64,000 nt of DNA from Geosiphon pyriformis uo1. Taxonomy: Eukaryota; Fungi; Glomeromycota. The notes below the pieces were generated by a model. That model was not told the DNA's origin, searched no databases, and saw only the letters and a program-made list of their open reading frames with translations. This document shows positions 52,145 to 64,000 of the stretch, piece after piece. Within the stretch, counting starts at the first letter, position 1. The number at the start of each line of letters is the position of its first letter. Position numbers and translations under genes: made by a program. The stretch is from positions 499,814 to 563,813 of the forward strand of contig JAAOMT010000786.1 in NCBI GenBank assembly GCA_016748015.1. Reading direction: 5' to 3'.

Positions 52145-55100
52145 GCAGTTTAATCTGGAAAGTTGCTACATGCAACATCAGAGGCATGAACAATCCCACT
52201 AAGCAGAAGGACATTATTAGGTGGCATAAGGAAATGAACAATATGATCTCTATCATTACTGAAATGAAATTGAGGAGTAAGGTTCATCTGTGGATTGCAG
52301 ATAAGTTCAATAGTGTCTGAGTGTTCACTTCTGGTTTAGACTCTGGTCACTTGGGTGCGAGTGTTGCTATTGTCTTGGACGTTTTTTTGGCTCATTATGT
52401 GTGCAAGGTTTCTGAAGTGCCTGGTCAGCTCTTGTCTATTAAATTACTTTTTAAAAGTAAACTTTCTGTATTGATTCTGGGGCTTTATGCTGATGCCTCT
52501 TTAGTGGTTTGGTTCTCTCAGGCTGGTGAAATCAACTCTTTCATTGTGAAGACTGTCAATGAATCTTCTTTTACTGTTCTTGGTAGTGATTTCAATGAAG
52601 ATGATTCTCGTAAGTGTGCAAGTTTTAGAAAGTGCCTTGATTTGGGTCTGGCTAATTCTTTGGTTGAAAGCCCAGCTGTTAAAATGCCTACTTGGGCAAA
52701 CTCTAGGGGTGTTAAAAAAACGATTGACTATGTTTTGGTTTCTTTGAATTTGGTTAATGTGATTATATACTGTGGTGTTTCTGATGTTGGTAAATATTTT
52801 GAAATGGATCATCAGGCTGTTTCTGTGTCTTTGGATTTGGGTGGTTTGCTGGACGTGCAGTTGAACTCTCTTCGCAAACAGGCAAATAGAGATTGTTGGA
52901 AGTTTAATTTTAAGGGTGCTGATGACGTGAAATGGAACAAGTTCAGGAGTGTTACGGCAGCTAATGCTGTCATGTTCTCTGATGATTTTATTGCCTCCCA
53001 GTGGTTCTCAGATTTGAATGCAATGTGAGATGTTGTTCACAAGGTAATGGTTCTTTTAGCTGATGAGATGTTCAAGAAGAAATGATTTAAGGACTATGAC
53101 AGTGTCTTCACTAAGAAATCATCCAGATTTCATAAGTTGGGAACTTTTGATTTCAAAGCTGGTTAAAGCTTCTTGGTCGATTTGTCATGATGAATTCATT
53201 TCATTGTTGGATGTCTGGGGTTTTCTTGACGATGATAATGCCTCTGTGGTTAAATCTCTCTTTCTCTTTGGTTCTCCTCTTGATACTGTTCGGTCAGCTC
53301 TCTTCAAGGTCAGAAAAACTTATTGCTCACTTAAAATGGCAGAATCGAAGAGCATAAAAGAATCTCAGATCAAGTCAGTGATCGAAAAGAGAATAGAAAG
53401 TTTTGAACTAAACAAGAGTCACACTATTTGGAGCGTTTTGAAGTGCTCTTTTTGTAAGGTCATTTTAAACTACTTAGTTGTGGATGATGAGCTGATTTTG
53501 GAACCTGGTCCTGTGAAATCGAGGGTGGATGATATCATGGAAGGGTGGACTAGGAAGCGTAGGGTGGTTCCCAATGTCTCTGATGTGTGGCACCATCAGT
53601 ATTGGCCATTGAATTACGTTTTTGATGAGGTTTTTTCTGGTGTTATACAGCCGATTGAGTTTTTGGAATTGTTTGGTGTGGTTTCTGATCTGCCTATTAG
53701 CAAGACTGCTGGTCTTTCAGGTATTTTAAATGAGCTGTGGATGCATAGTAATAGATCTGTTCTGGATATGCTCTTAGTGCTTCTGAATTTTTGTCTGTCT
53801 CATGAATCTGTGCCTGGTCCTTGGAGGGAAGCTTGGGTTTCGATGATTCCTAAACCATACAAGTGGGAAGGTGTCTTCACAAATATCCAACCAATAGCCT
53901 TAATCAAGATGGCTTGTAAGATCCTCTCTAAGATTCTCTCTAACAGGATATTGTTGATATGCAGTACTCATGATATTCTTCATGGGGATAATTTTTCAGT
54001 TTTGAAGGATACTACTACCCAGACTTCTATTTTTGCTATTGGTTTAGTTGTGGAGGATGCTTTAGAGAAGAATTGGGAGCTCTGGCTGGTGTTGCAGGAC
54101 ATGCAGAAGGCATACAACTCTGTTGGATGGGAGCATCTTGAGAGGTGTTTGGTCAAGATCAAAATGTGTGGCAAGTTTATTTGTTTTTTCGGCAATATTC
54201 ATAAAAATCGAACCAATCAGGTTATGACGGACTTCGGTTTAATTGATAGTTATAGTGTACATGATGGATTGGACCAAGAGGAAGTTTTTTCTCCTCTTCT
54301 TTGGTACATATTTTATGATTCTTTTTTGTGCAAAGTCAAGCATCAAGAGAGTGTGTGCAGGTATAGACTCAATTCCCATTTTGTCTCCAGGAGTGGTCAC
54401 ACTGAATTTCAGGCTGGGTTTTCTACTTTTTTTGCTGCTGGGGCCTTTGTTGATGACACAATATGGGTTGGCAGCAGTCAGGCTGTTACTCAACATATTC
54501 TTAATGTTACTAGTGAATTTTTTCGAATTAATGACATTTCAATCAATAATGACAAAACTGTGGCCATTCCTATTAATGCCAAGATCAGCAATCCATCTCT
54601 TTTTATTAGTGGTTTACTCATTTCCATAACCAAAAAAGGCAAATTTCATCAGTATCTTGGTATCTTTTTTTCAACTGATGGTCTTTCTAAGCCTAATTTG
54701 GCTAAAGCACATTCAGACATTCATTTTTTCAGTAATTTGGTTCTAAAGAAAGCAGTTTCAGATAAGCAGTTCTTGTACCTGGTGTTGGCAGTTCTCCAAC
54801 CTATAGTCAGCTACAGGATACAATTCAGCTTTGTCCCTGTTGGTGTGTGCAACAAGTGGGATGTTCTGATTTACAAGGGTTTGAAACTTAAATCTGGTTT
54901 TCCTCTCGATTTTCCTAGTGACACAATTCATCATCCTTCTTTTTATAGTCTGAAGTCCTTTTCACAATGTCAGTCTGAAAGCAAGATTGCTTTACTTATT
55001 AGTTTTGCAAACTCCTGTGGGGTTCTGAGTCAATTGTTTAGTCACAGGTCTTATGACTTGCAAGTTCTGTGCTAGCACCCCATTCATCTATTGAGTTCAC

Positions 55101-56821
55101 TGGCTTGTATCTGTGTTAGTGTTTCCAATAATTTCTTATCAGGTATGGTACGCATTCTTTTTGAATGCAATTTGTCTTTAGGTGGCTCCTTGACCAGCTC
55201 TTTTCGGTTTTATGATGGGGTGCCTATGTCTGCTGTTCTGGGCAAATCCCTGTTTTTAAAATACTTGCCTTCTCTCCAGCGTTATGGCATTGCCTTTGTG
55301 GATCAGCTTCAGAATTGTCATGAGGATATCTTCAACTGGTACACCTTTAAGCGGTGGAAGAAACTGGATCCTCGTGGCCTGGTTCCTGAGTGGTTCGGGC
55401 ACTCTGTTGTATTTCTCAGTGGTGCACCTCCCTCTCCATTGGCCTTGAGTGGTGTTGCCCCTGCGGACATTTGTGGTTTTGATGGTTTTGTGTCTGTATG
55501 TGATCATTTTTCTCAGGTTGGCACTGATAGTTTGTCTGTGTATACAGATGAGTTGGTAAAAAATTTGGGCACAACTGGTTGTAAGGCCGGGGCTGCTGCC
55601 TTTTTTGAGGACATTGACTTGGGTTTGGATGTCTGTGTTTAGGATCTGATGTCATCTACTTTGACAGAGTTGCAGACTGTAGCATTGGCTCTGGAATGTG
55701 TACCTGTGGATCATTCTGTTTGCCTGTTTTTGAATAGTCAGGCAGCTTTGGATGCTTGCAAGTCGGAGGTTGATTTGGTGTGTCCTGACTTTCGCAATCA
55801 TTGTTGGGTTGAGCACCAGCATATTAGGAATGTTATACGTGGAAAGAATTTGAAGATTAGCTGGCACAAGGTTAAGGGCCACTCTGGTGTATTGGGAAAT
55901 AATTGCGCTGATAGCATCGCTAACACTGCAGCTCTCTCTGATTGGTTTCTCCCTCCTCATGTGACTGAATGGTTTTTGTTGGCGAGTGGTAGTATTGTTT
56001 CAGGCAATTCTAGACACTTTGTTCATGATGTTTTTCATTCTGTCTGTCGGGCGCACTGGAAGGTCAGTTCCAGTTCTGGGTTCCTAACTGGTAATTTGTG
56101 CTCGGATGTCGATTGGCTTGCCTCTTCCAAAGTTTGGCACCCTAATTTGCATATGGTGACTGGTTTCACCAGCAGGCACACTGCTGATATTCATACTTAC
56201 TTCATGAAGGCTTTGCACCATTGGCTTCCTATGGCTGTTCGAAAACGCATTTATAATAAATGTTACCCTAGTGTTTTGTGTTTGTATTGTGGTAAGGTGG
56301 AGGTGTCTGATCATGTGTTTTCTTGTGTTATTGATAATGTGGCTTGTTGTCAGGTTTTGGAATCCTGTATGTCTTCTTGGAAGGTGCTTTCTGGTCTCTC
56401 TCTCCCTACTTCAAGCGTTTTACAACTGCTTTTAGCCTGTGCCTCGGATTTCTTAGTGTTCTCAACTCTTTGCAAGAGTTTTGTTTTCAAAGGATGGCTT
56501 CAGAAGGCTGTTTCTGTCTTCCATGTTTCCAAAGTTGCTGGCATTAAAATTGTTGATTTTGTTCACTCTATTTGTGTCGCTTTCAGGAGTGACATTTGGT
56601 TGGTCCGTGCTAAGCATCGTGCTTACATGGAAAGAAATGGCCTGATCTCGGTGAATGGCTCGGTTCCCGTCTCAATTTCTGGTTTAACTTCGAGATTCTC
56701 GGATGGTGTGGTTAAACTGCTTGGTGTTGTTGAAGCTTTTGGCATCTGTTTTGGCTTTTGCAAATCTTACTCTTTTTTTTCAGGTATTGGTAACCCAATT
56801 TCAATTAATATAATTGTGTAG
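52141..56821 (+). pseudogene. LINE F ORF2 (~1560 codons; APE-RT-RNase H-zinc finger)
   Basis: WKVATCNIRGMNN, LQDMQKAYNSVGW, DGLDQEEVFSPLLW, GAFVDDTIW, SVYTD, ELQ, WHKVKGHSGVLGNNCAD, CLYCGKVEVSDHVFSC. About five stops and a +1 frameshift near 53140. Confidence 0.93.
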
Positions 56822-56935
56822 TGTTGTCCTGACCGGCTCAAGTGGCTGGTCACGTGTAGACAGTGCATGATTCATGCCTAGTTTAGATCATTTCTTTGAT
56901 TTATAGTTCTAGGTAATGTTTGGACTTCACTCGTT
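56822..56935 (+). other. Conserved structured 3' tail RNA element (best-preserved copy)
   Basis: Stem TGACCGGC (56830-37) with GCTGGTCA (56845-52), and a second stem GCCTAG...CTAGGT. The loop can pair with the terminal CACTCG (56928-33). Homologous tails occur on all seven non-LTR elements in the window. Confidence 0.7.
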
Positions 56936-57284
56936 AAAAAAAATAATAATAATAATAATAATATATTATTATATATTTTAAGTTTTTTAAAACTTTTAAT
57001 GTTGTTTTACTTGTTAATTAGTTTTGATAAAAAAATAATATCTGAATTTTTTTAATTAAAAAAAAGTATTATTTTTTATATTATATTTAAAATTAAGTTA
57101 ATTAATTTTTTTTTGGTTATATTATTTTTAAAATTAATAATTTGGTTTTTTAGATTAATAATTAAAGTTGTTTATTTTTTAATCTTCTAATTTTAATTAA
57201 TAACAAAAATTTGCTATTGTTATTTTTAAATTTAAAAAAAGTATTAAAAATATTATTATTAAAACTAATAAAAAACTACAGACA

Positions 57285-59567
57285 CTTTTTGTCTCTTTAA
57301 TTTTATGACCATGACCAGAGCAAAGAGTAAAAAAGCTGCATCTAATATCTGTCCTAAAATATCTAATAAAATTTCAACCAGAAAAGCTTTTTCTGTTGTA
57401 GAAGCAACTAGGTAGAACATTTTAGAAGCTTTTCCTTTACCCAGTAATCATGATAAGCTGCCTTTGGTAGCCACTGAAGCATCTTCCTTATTTTTGGCTG
57501 GTTTCTCATCAGTCAAAGTTCCCTCAAAGAGACACACTTGAGTTAGTCTTAGTGTTGCCTCCACCCCAACTAAGAGCCCAAAAGTTTTTAATAATAGACC
57601 AGTTAATAAGCTGGTTTTCTTCTCCATAGCTTTTACATCTGGTGCTGCTAGCATTTTCTCTTCAAAAAAAATGGTCAAAAAGACCAAAAGTTCAGAAAAG
57701 TAGAAGCAGTCACTTGTCTCTGCTATTGTTACACCGAACCTCTTTGTGGTTCCCAATGAGATTTTAGATGAGATCTCCATAACAGCATTCAACATGTCAT
57801 TCAAGATAGGCCTAGATCAACCACTGGCTGTGTTGCCAAATGTGGTGTCTTCTAGTAGATCATTGCCAATTTTAGAAGCAAAACAATTTCTTTCTGTTGA
57901 GTCATTTGTTCTTGGGAACTGGGCTGATTAAATGGAAACTGAATCATCTTTTTCTCTAGTTTCTGGTGCTGCTTTTGGTGGTGCTTGGGAAACTATTACT
58001 AATTGTCAAAGGTTTGCTGAGTAAATAGTTTTTACTCTGGTGCCTGGTGCTACTTTTAAGATTAAATTAGCTCATATTAAGGCTGTTTTTCAGTCAGTAC
58101 ATAGTTTCTTGGATGCAAAATCAATATCAAAAAACAATGTGAAGCTGTTTTGTGTGGAGTTTGCTTTTCAAGTATCTTTGGAAACTGCATTCTTGGTTAA
58201 GCTTACAAGTTCTATACATTTGATCACTTTCAAAATTGCCAAGTCTTTGGTAATTTCTGAGTCTGGTTTTCCTTCTGCTGCTGTTGTGTTGTGTGATATG
58301 CTCTTGAATGTGTCTACTGCTGACATTAAGATGGCTTTTAGTGTGTTTAGTAGTGTCATTCATGTTGTGCTAAAGCCTGTTGGCATTTGGCAGTATGTGA
58401 TAGTTTATTTTGAAAAGTTGGATTCTGCTGTGTCTGTTTTGAATTATTGATTAGTTTTGGTAGACAAAGATAATATTAGAATCCTCCTTCTAATGAATCA
58501 AAATGAAACTATTTTGTCTTGCAATAAGTTTAAGGCCAAGTTGGTTAATCTTTCTTCTGGATGCACAGCTTTTGAAATCAGTGATATGATTTCTTAAGTT
58601 GGTGGTCGGACATGTTTTATTCTTTATTCTCTTGAGTTTGGTCATTGTTTCTGGTTTGCTCTGGTCACATTTGGTTTCCAAGCTGATTTGGACTCTGTTA
58701 TTATTAAAACTAATACATTAAAAAAATGTCATATTTGGTGGAAAACTCCTGGTTGTCAGTGTTGTTTCAAGTATTAAGAATTGGGCCATCTGGCTGCAGA
58801 CTGTAAAGTTTCTCCATCTTCCCCTCCCAAGTTTCTCAAGGTGTTTACACCACGCTTTGTTGGTCCTAAGTCTTATGCCAAGACTTTTGTTCTCTTGGAC
58901 TCCTCTAAATTTTCATCTTTGTTATCTTTTGTTTCTTCTTCAGTTGTTATTAGTGATTTTTTGGTGCTATCCTGACTGTCTTCTTTGAAATCTAATTTGA
59001 CTAAGCTTTTTGCTTTGGTTGAGTCTATTGTTAAGCCTATTGGCTCTCTAATTACAATTTTTGAACAGTTTATTAATAGTAATTTGGTTTCAAGTAGTGC
59101 TCTTGGTCTTAAGATCAATGAGGTTTTGGTGCATATAAGTTCCTTTAGTAGAACTGTTAGTAAGTTGAAGAGGGAAGTAGTTTTTTTGAAAAAGGAATAC
59201 TGCATGGAGGACATTGATATGTCTGGTAATTCAGAGCTTTCATCTGTTATAGGTGATGAGATGTTTTCCAACTTAATGTTCTTTTGGGAGCATGAGTTTA
59301 TTAATGTTAAAACTGATCCCTTTAAAACTGCCAAGTGACTAGTTGGTTTGGTTTCTTGCAGTACAACTTTGTTTTTTGTTATTCAAAAGATGTCATCTTT
59401 GGATAAGTTTTCTTCTGTAACATCAGCATAGTGTGTCCTTAACTGGTCCAAGTGGCTGGTTACATGTAGAAAATACATGATTAGCATCTAGTTTAGATTG
59501 ATTTTTTAATGTATTGTTCTAAGTAGCTTTTGGGTCTCGCTCATTAAACTTTAATAAAAAAAAAAAA
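57285..59567 (+). mobile_element. ORF1-only non-autonomous non-LTR element, copy 2 (type-2 tail, poly-A)
   Basis: ~20-nt leader, single ORF, LINE tail 59432-59550 and A12. Colinear with 10301-12568. Confidence 0.88.
57305..59431 (+). pseudogene. ORF1/gag-like protein, 709 codons in one frame with internal stops only
   Basis: ATG 57305 to TAG 59431 is 2127 nt. The ORF-track pieces 57746, 58040, 58781 and 58985 are all in this frame. Eroded CCHC knuckle CF(KY*)ELGHLAADC near 58760-58805. Confidence 0.85.
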
Positions 59568-60169
59568 CCAATATTTTATAAAAATATAATATTTAATAAA
59601 AAACTTTTAAATATTAATATTATGTGGTTTTTAATTATAAAACTGTTTTTTGTTATATTTAAAAATTTTTGTAAATTAGTTTATTAATTTAATATCTTAT
59701 ATTAAAATTATTTTTTTTTTATTGTAATATAATTTTGTTTTTTTAATTTTGTTATCAATAAAGTATTTGAATTTTAAAATTATTAAAGTTATTATTAATT
59801 ATAATAAATTATATAATTAGTAAGTTACAATAAAAATTTTTATATAAAAAGACAATAAAAAATAAATATGCAAATATATATTATAATAAACAAATATTTA
59901 TAAACTATTTTAATAAAATAAAACCATTAAATATTTTTGGTTTAAAAAGTAAATAAATATTATTAACTTAAATTTAAATAATTAAATATATTTATTGTAG
60001 TTTATGTATGTAAAAAACAATAATAATTAAAATTGAAAATACAAAATATTAATATATAATTTATTAATAAATTTAAATTAATATTATGAAAAACCTTATT
60101 ATTAAAAAACTAATAACTATACTTTTAAACATAAACTACAGTATTATAAAATTTATATTAAAGCATTTT

Positions 60170-61215
60170 GAATCAAAGTTCAAAGATCTTCTTGTTTAAC
60201 AGTTTTATTAACAGATAAGCTTGCAAGAATATTTTTAACAAAAATTTATGGATTTTTTAACTTAAAAAGATCAATTCTGTTTGATTTGTTTATCTATGTT
60301 GTTTGTTCCATGCCAAAAACATTACAGCATCAGTATGGTATTTTGAATTCACCTTATTTGAAGAAATGAATCAGTAAAGACTAAGTTGTTGAAGCCATTA
60401 ATTATATTCTGTTACCTTTTGCCTTTTTTTCTTTTTTCTCTTGCTCCTCGTGTTTACCTAAAATCACATCAAGATACATAAAGTCCATTTTGTCCAAATC
60501 CCAAATTTAAATTTCAGGGTCAAAGGTCCCAACAGTGATATAGTTCTATCCTCCTTGTAAATCGAAAATATAGCCATTCTAAACATAATGGGAAAGAAGG
60601 TGGCATGGTATCGTGGTGCACGTAGACATTTTGATTGGATTCTTCGTATACATATATCTCCAGCTGTGAGATTTCATCCTCAGTCCTGGCAGCGACCAAA
60701 ATATTGTCTATGAGCAAAATTCTGTTTCGTCGTCATCCTTGATTCAGATTTAAAGCATTAATTGATAATGATAAGAAGTCAAATTAGTAGTTTACCTCAT
60801 CATTATTTGACGTTTAATATGTTCAAATTTCCAAAAAAGTTCAAGGCTAATTATGGATATAACCAAAAATAATCAGGATATTTTCATTCGTGGAATAATT
60901 TGTGCTATAAGGAATCATTGTACTCATCCAATTTGCATTAAGCGAACTCAGGATCGATTGTTTGGGCGTCTTTCATTTGCTCTTCTTTAACTGTGATAAT
61001 CAAAAACTGCAGAATTTAATAGAGAAAGAAAATTGATCGATGTGAAAGCCATGAATGATATGAGACTCTTTCAGTTCTTCTTGAGTCTTTCAGCTCACCG
61101 GCAGTGAGTTTGTTGATGCATTAAAACTCTTGTTGGGTTAGCTCATATTTCTAGCTATCAAAATAATAATAGGGCTAGTTCAGGTGCTACGCCTTTACAA
61201 AGATACCATAATTGT
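60170..61215 (-). pseudogene. PWP1: PWP1 (periodic tryptophan protein 1) pseudogene, N-terminal half
   Basis: The minus strand gives, in order, KGVAPE, KYELTQQEF*CINKL, DNILVAARTEDEISQLEIYVYEE...VYVHHDTMPPSFPLCLEWL, VGTFDPEI*IWDLD, a K-rich patch, YHTDAVMFLAWNK and NILASLSVNKTVK. These are PWP1 hallmarks, with stops and frameshifts. Confidence 0.85.
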
Positions 61216-61320
61216 GAACGAAAATACTAGATTTCGCTAGCCAATCAAATATTGGGGATGGAAATAGTTGATATAAATCTTCAAATAATCGATTCGCGTA
61301 TAAATGCAAAATACATGTAC

Positions 61321-62048
61321 ATGGCTTCAATAATTCAAGAACTTAGCCGCGGATTACCTTTAGCAAGTTTGCCTTTCAAAATTGTTTCGGCTGTTTTGAA
61401 AAAACCTACACCTCGCAACTTTATTAGACCAATATTGAACACAAATGGTTTTCCTTCTATCAAAAATCATGCCATTGTCTCCCCATTTATTTTAACAAGT
61501 CATTCAACCATTTTCACAAATAATATTTCACTAGCAGCTACAAAGATTCATTTAAATGCCACGTATGCAACTTTAAATCAAGTTATACGAGGCTGTCGTA
61601 AAAAAAAGCGTCGCCTTTCAAAGAGCCCTGCATTAGAGGGATGTCCACAGAAAAAAGGTGTCTGTACTAAAGTGTACACAACAAAACCAAAGAAACCCAA
61701 TTCAGCGGTGCGAAAGGTTGCTCGGGTCAAATTATCGAATGGAAGAGTAATCACCGCGTATATTCCAGGAGAAGGTCATAATTTGGTAATATGAAGTAGA
61801 ATATATTTAATCTTTTTGTTTTATTAATATTCAAATTCTCAGCAAATGACAAAAATTATTTTTTCAAGTCCGAACATTCGGTTGTATTGGTTAGAGGAGG
61901 TCGAGTTAAAGATTTGCCTGGTGTTCGATATCATTTAATAAGAGGAGCTCTAGATTTCCAAGGAGTTCCAAATCGAAAAACTTCAAGATCAAAATATGGA
62001 ACCAAGAAACCTAAACCAGCAACCCCCGAAGCCAAAGCCAATAAATAA
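61321..62048 (+). CDS. MRPS12: Mitochondrial ribosomal protein uS12m. Exons 61321-61785 and 61869-62048 (alternative ATGs at 61258 and 61315)
   Basis: A presequence-like N-terminus, then ATLNQVIR...[13 protein letters not shown]...[20 protein letters not shown]...YIPGEGHNL. After a GT-AG intron it continues [29 protein letters not shown]...RSKYGTKKP. Confidence 0.93.
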
Positions 62049-62403
62049 ACACCAAAAAATGGAACATATAATTTATTTAGATAAAATTTCAAGCTTTTTA
62101 TCTGTCAATAGAATCTATTTTCAAATAATCCAATCTCTGCGACATATATACCATAAAACTAAAGAAGGTATAGAATCCAAATGTTGACGTCAACATAGCT
62201 TGTGTTACTTTACTAGTTGAATTAGGTAGCCAATTGCCAATGGACAATTTTTAAAAAATTTTGAAGTTCAACTTTCAGCATTTTGCAAAGCTCTACTACC
62301 TTAACGCTTTTCTTTATGTGTGGTAGTGTATCAATTTTCAACTACTCTATTCAACTCTTTACGTACGTAACGTAAAGGCCAGTCATTTTCCTACTGTTAC
62401 AAA

Positions 62404-64000
62404 ATGGGAAGCCCACGGGATTTAAATCGTATACTATATGACATTGACGTGATCGCTATTTGGAAACCAGACGATGAAAATGTTGCAGAGCAGGACAATA
62501 GTGATTCCCAACTTAGTCTGTTCCGAAATGCTGAGGGCCATCCATCCTATTCTCAGCTCCCAAGACGTGTTTTCCGACAAGTAACCCATCGATTGGCACG
62601 TAGTCTGGAAGGCCTTGCAATTTCTACCACTGTCCCTCCTGCATTGTTACAAGCTTTGCCCAAAGTCTTGAGTGAATGGGCTATGCAACTGTCACCAGAT
62701 GGGGAGATTCTTGCGATCTTGCAAGAGCATAAAATTGAGTTTCGTGCGAATAAAGATGGTTTCGAGTCAGTGCACTCGATCTACAAGTATACCGTGAAAA
62801 GGGACACTTTTCCTAAGTGGAGACGTATTGCTTGGAGCTTAGATTCGAGAATTATCGCTGCATCTCGTAGTGATGGGACCGTTGATGTGGTTGACGTTGA
62901 AGGGAAATTGGTGTGTGTCATTTTACCCACTTCGAAAACTTCTAACGTAGTGGTATCTTTGAGCGGAACATTATTGGAAAATGAGACTGAAGCACAACAA
63001 GCTGGTTCAAGCTTTTTCTTAGAACCAGTGGCGTTCTTAGCTTTCGTCGACCCGAAAAGAGGGCTTCGAGAAAGCAGTTACAAAGGATACATTTATCAAT
63101 ATGAGTTAATTGTCATCAGTTATGATGGTATTTTACGTAGCTATTTATTAAATGCAACTGACCCAGCAACCAAGGTAGACTCTTCTTTAAGAAGACCCCC
63201 TACAAGAATCATTTATTCACGGGAAGGTGACTCAGATCCGGGGTTGTTCATGTATTATCACAGGTTTTCGTTTAAACAATGGCTTTCCACTGTTGTATGT
63301 GGGGAAGTTGATCATGAAAGCCGATTATTGTGTCTTGGAGGCAAACCTAACACTCCAAGTGAAGAAAACGGTGTAAAGCCTACCTCTGTTGCATGCTGGC
63401 TTTTATTGGCTGAACGTCCTTTTTATCGAAATCTTGATTTGGAAGTGGCAATGGATCTGCCAATCGAGAAAATAAATCAATTAAGTGAAGAGGCATCAAT
63501 AGATGACTCTGGATTTTTTTCTCGTCTAAAGAATGTTTTTTCTACATGGAGAAAGATGAACAAGGATTTTACCGATGAAATAGTTGTACGAATGGTATTG
63601 TCGCCTGATAAGACATCTCTTTTAACGTTAGAATTTTCCGGAACTATAAAAATTTGGAAAGTGTCACTCAGCAAAGGTGTTGAAGCTATTCAGTCATGGA
63701 ATCCCGATCAACTTAATTATTTTGGTCGAGGACGAGAGTACAAAGAACTTTCTTTGGAACAGTTTAATGAAAAAATTGAAGATATCGAAGATGATGGTGG
63801 CTCGGTTGTTGGGATCGCTGGATTAGATAACGGCATAGTATTATCAATTGGATGGTGGTCAAATAACGCTGTGATTCTTGGTTATCAGAATGGATCTTTA
63901 GTAATCATCAGTCTATCTGAAATGGAAAACATATTGGGTGACGCCCCAGAAGTCTTCAAATCATGTCGCGAGATTACCAGTCAATGGGATAAGAAATTTC
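62404..64000 (+). CDS. NBAS: NBAS/Sec39-family ER tethering protein, N-terminal beta-propeller; runs off the window
   Basis: Open frame from ATG 62404 to the window edge. ILYDIDVIAIW, LSPDGEILAILQEHKIEFRANKDGF, DTFPKWRRIAWSLDSRIIAASRSDGTVDVVD and ELIVISYDGILRSYL parallel the animal NBAS N-terminus as I recall it. Confidence 0.8.
   Translation, partial: MGSPRDLNRILYDIDVIAIWKPDDENVAEQDNSDSQLSLFRNAEGHPSYSQLPRRVFRQVTHRLARSLEGLAISTTVPPALLQALPKVLSEWAMQLSPDGEILAILQEHKIEFRANKDGFESVHSIYKYTVKRDTFPKWRRIAWSLDSRIIAASRSDGTVDVVDVEGKLVCVILPTSKTSNVVVSLSGTLLENETEAQQAGSSFFLEPVAFLAFVDPKRGLRESSYKGYIYQYELIVISYDGILRSYLLNATDPATKVDSSLRRPPTRIIYSREGDSDPGLFMYYHRFSFKQWLSTVVCGEVDHESRLLCLGGKPNTPSEENGVKPTSVACWLLLAERPFYRNLDLEVAMDLPIEKINQLSEEASIDDSGFFSRLKNVFSTWRKMNKDFTDEIVVRMVLSPDKTSLLTLEFSGTIKIWKVSLSKGVEAIQSWNPDQLNYFGRGREYKELSLEQFNEKIEDIEDDGGSVVGIAGLDNGIVLSIGWWSNNAVILGYQNGSLVIISLSEMENILGDAPEVFKSCREITSQWDKKF

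Larger units (their letters stand above)
50208..56943 (+). mobile_element. LINE F: least-mutated full-length L1-like element (type-2 tail)
   Basis: ORF1 and ORF2, tail 56822-56935, then A8 and (AAT)n. Retains many CpG. Confidence 0.95.

Noticed and set aside
13952-56821. Alternative genetic code (TGA=Trp) or A-to-I editing rescuing TE stops
   Set aside because: Trp positions show TGA, TAG and TAA at different sites in different copies. Gln and Arg codons also become stops, and missense changes share the bias. Host genes use the standard code.
56822-56935. Known self-cleaving ribozyme or tRNA-derived SINE in the tail
   Set aside because: I found no hammerhead CTGANGA/GAAA core, no HDV-like topology and no A/B boxes on either strand by eye. 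It is kept only as an unclassified structured RNA.
14212-59334. Many antisense and alternate-frame ORFs over the TEs
   Set aside because: They are shadows of the TE ORFs, with endpoints that vary between copies. The recurring antisense frame over ORF1 (14422, 27518, 50821) is explained by sense-strand conservation.
61321-62048. Bacterial rpsL from an endosymbiont or horizontal transfer
   Set aside because: It has a spliceosomal intron, a presequence-like extension and eukaryotic neighbours, so it is the ordinary nuclear-encoded mitochondrial S12.
61996-63674. ORFs 61996-62187 (+) and 63477-63674 (-)
   Set aside because: The first is an out-of-frame overlap with MRPS12 exon 2 and its 3' UTR. 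The second is antisense to NBAS.

Overview
This is eukaryotic fungal DNA with GT-AG introns. The gene and TE content resembles Glomeromycotina, for example Geosiphon; that assignment is an inference. Two small host-gene islands flank a ~52 kb block of nested transposons. The left island is a 6-exon Rab11/Ypt3 gene (6.1-7.3 kb). The right island holds a PWP1 pseudogene, mitochondrial ribosomal protein S12 and the 5' part of an animal-like NBAS/Sec39 gene (60.2-64 kb). The TE block contains four full-length and one 5'-truncated L1-like LINE (ORF1 with RRM-like/CCHC motifs; ORF2 APE-RT-RNase H-zinc finger), two ~2.3 kb ORF1-only elements, a 9.9 kb Ty3/Gypsy element with a dUTPase and extra coding regions, a solo LTR nested in one LINE, and very AT-rich stretches. 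A pogo transposase fossil lies left of the Rab11 gene. The best candidate for a new system has three parts. (1) A LINE family and an ORF1-only non-autonomous partner share a ~120-nt structured 3' tail that starts exactly at the stop codon and can probably form a pseudoknot. The tail comes in two variants that appear to be swapped between element bodies. (2) The LINE ORF1 and ORF2 are coupled by an ATGA stop-start overlap. (3) All repeats show an almost pure C>T/G>A, non-CpG-restricted hypermutation that grades from nearly intact copies to AT deserts. All calls come from manual reading and translation; no searches were run.
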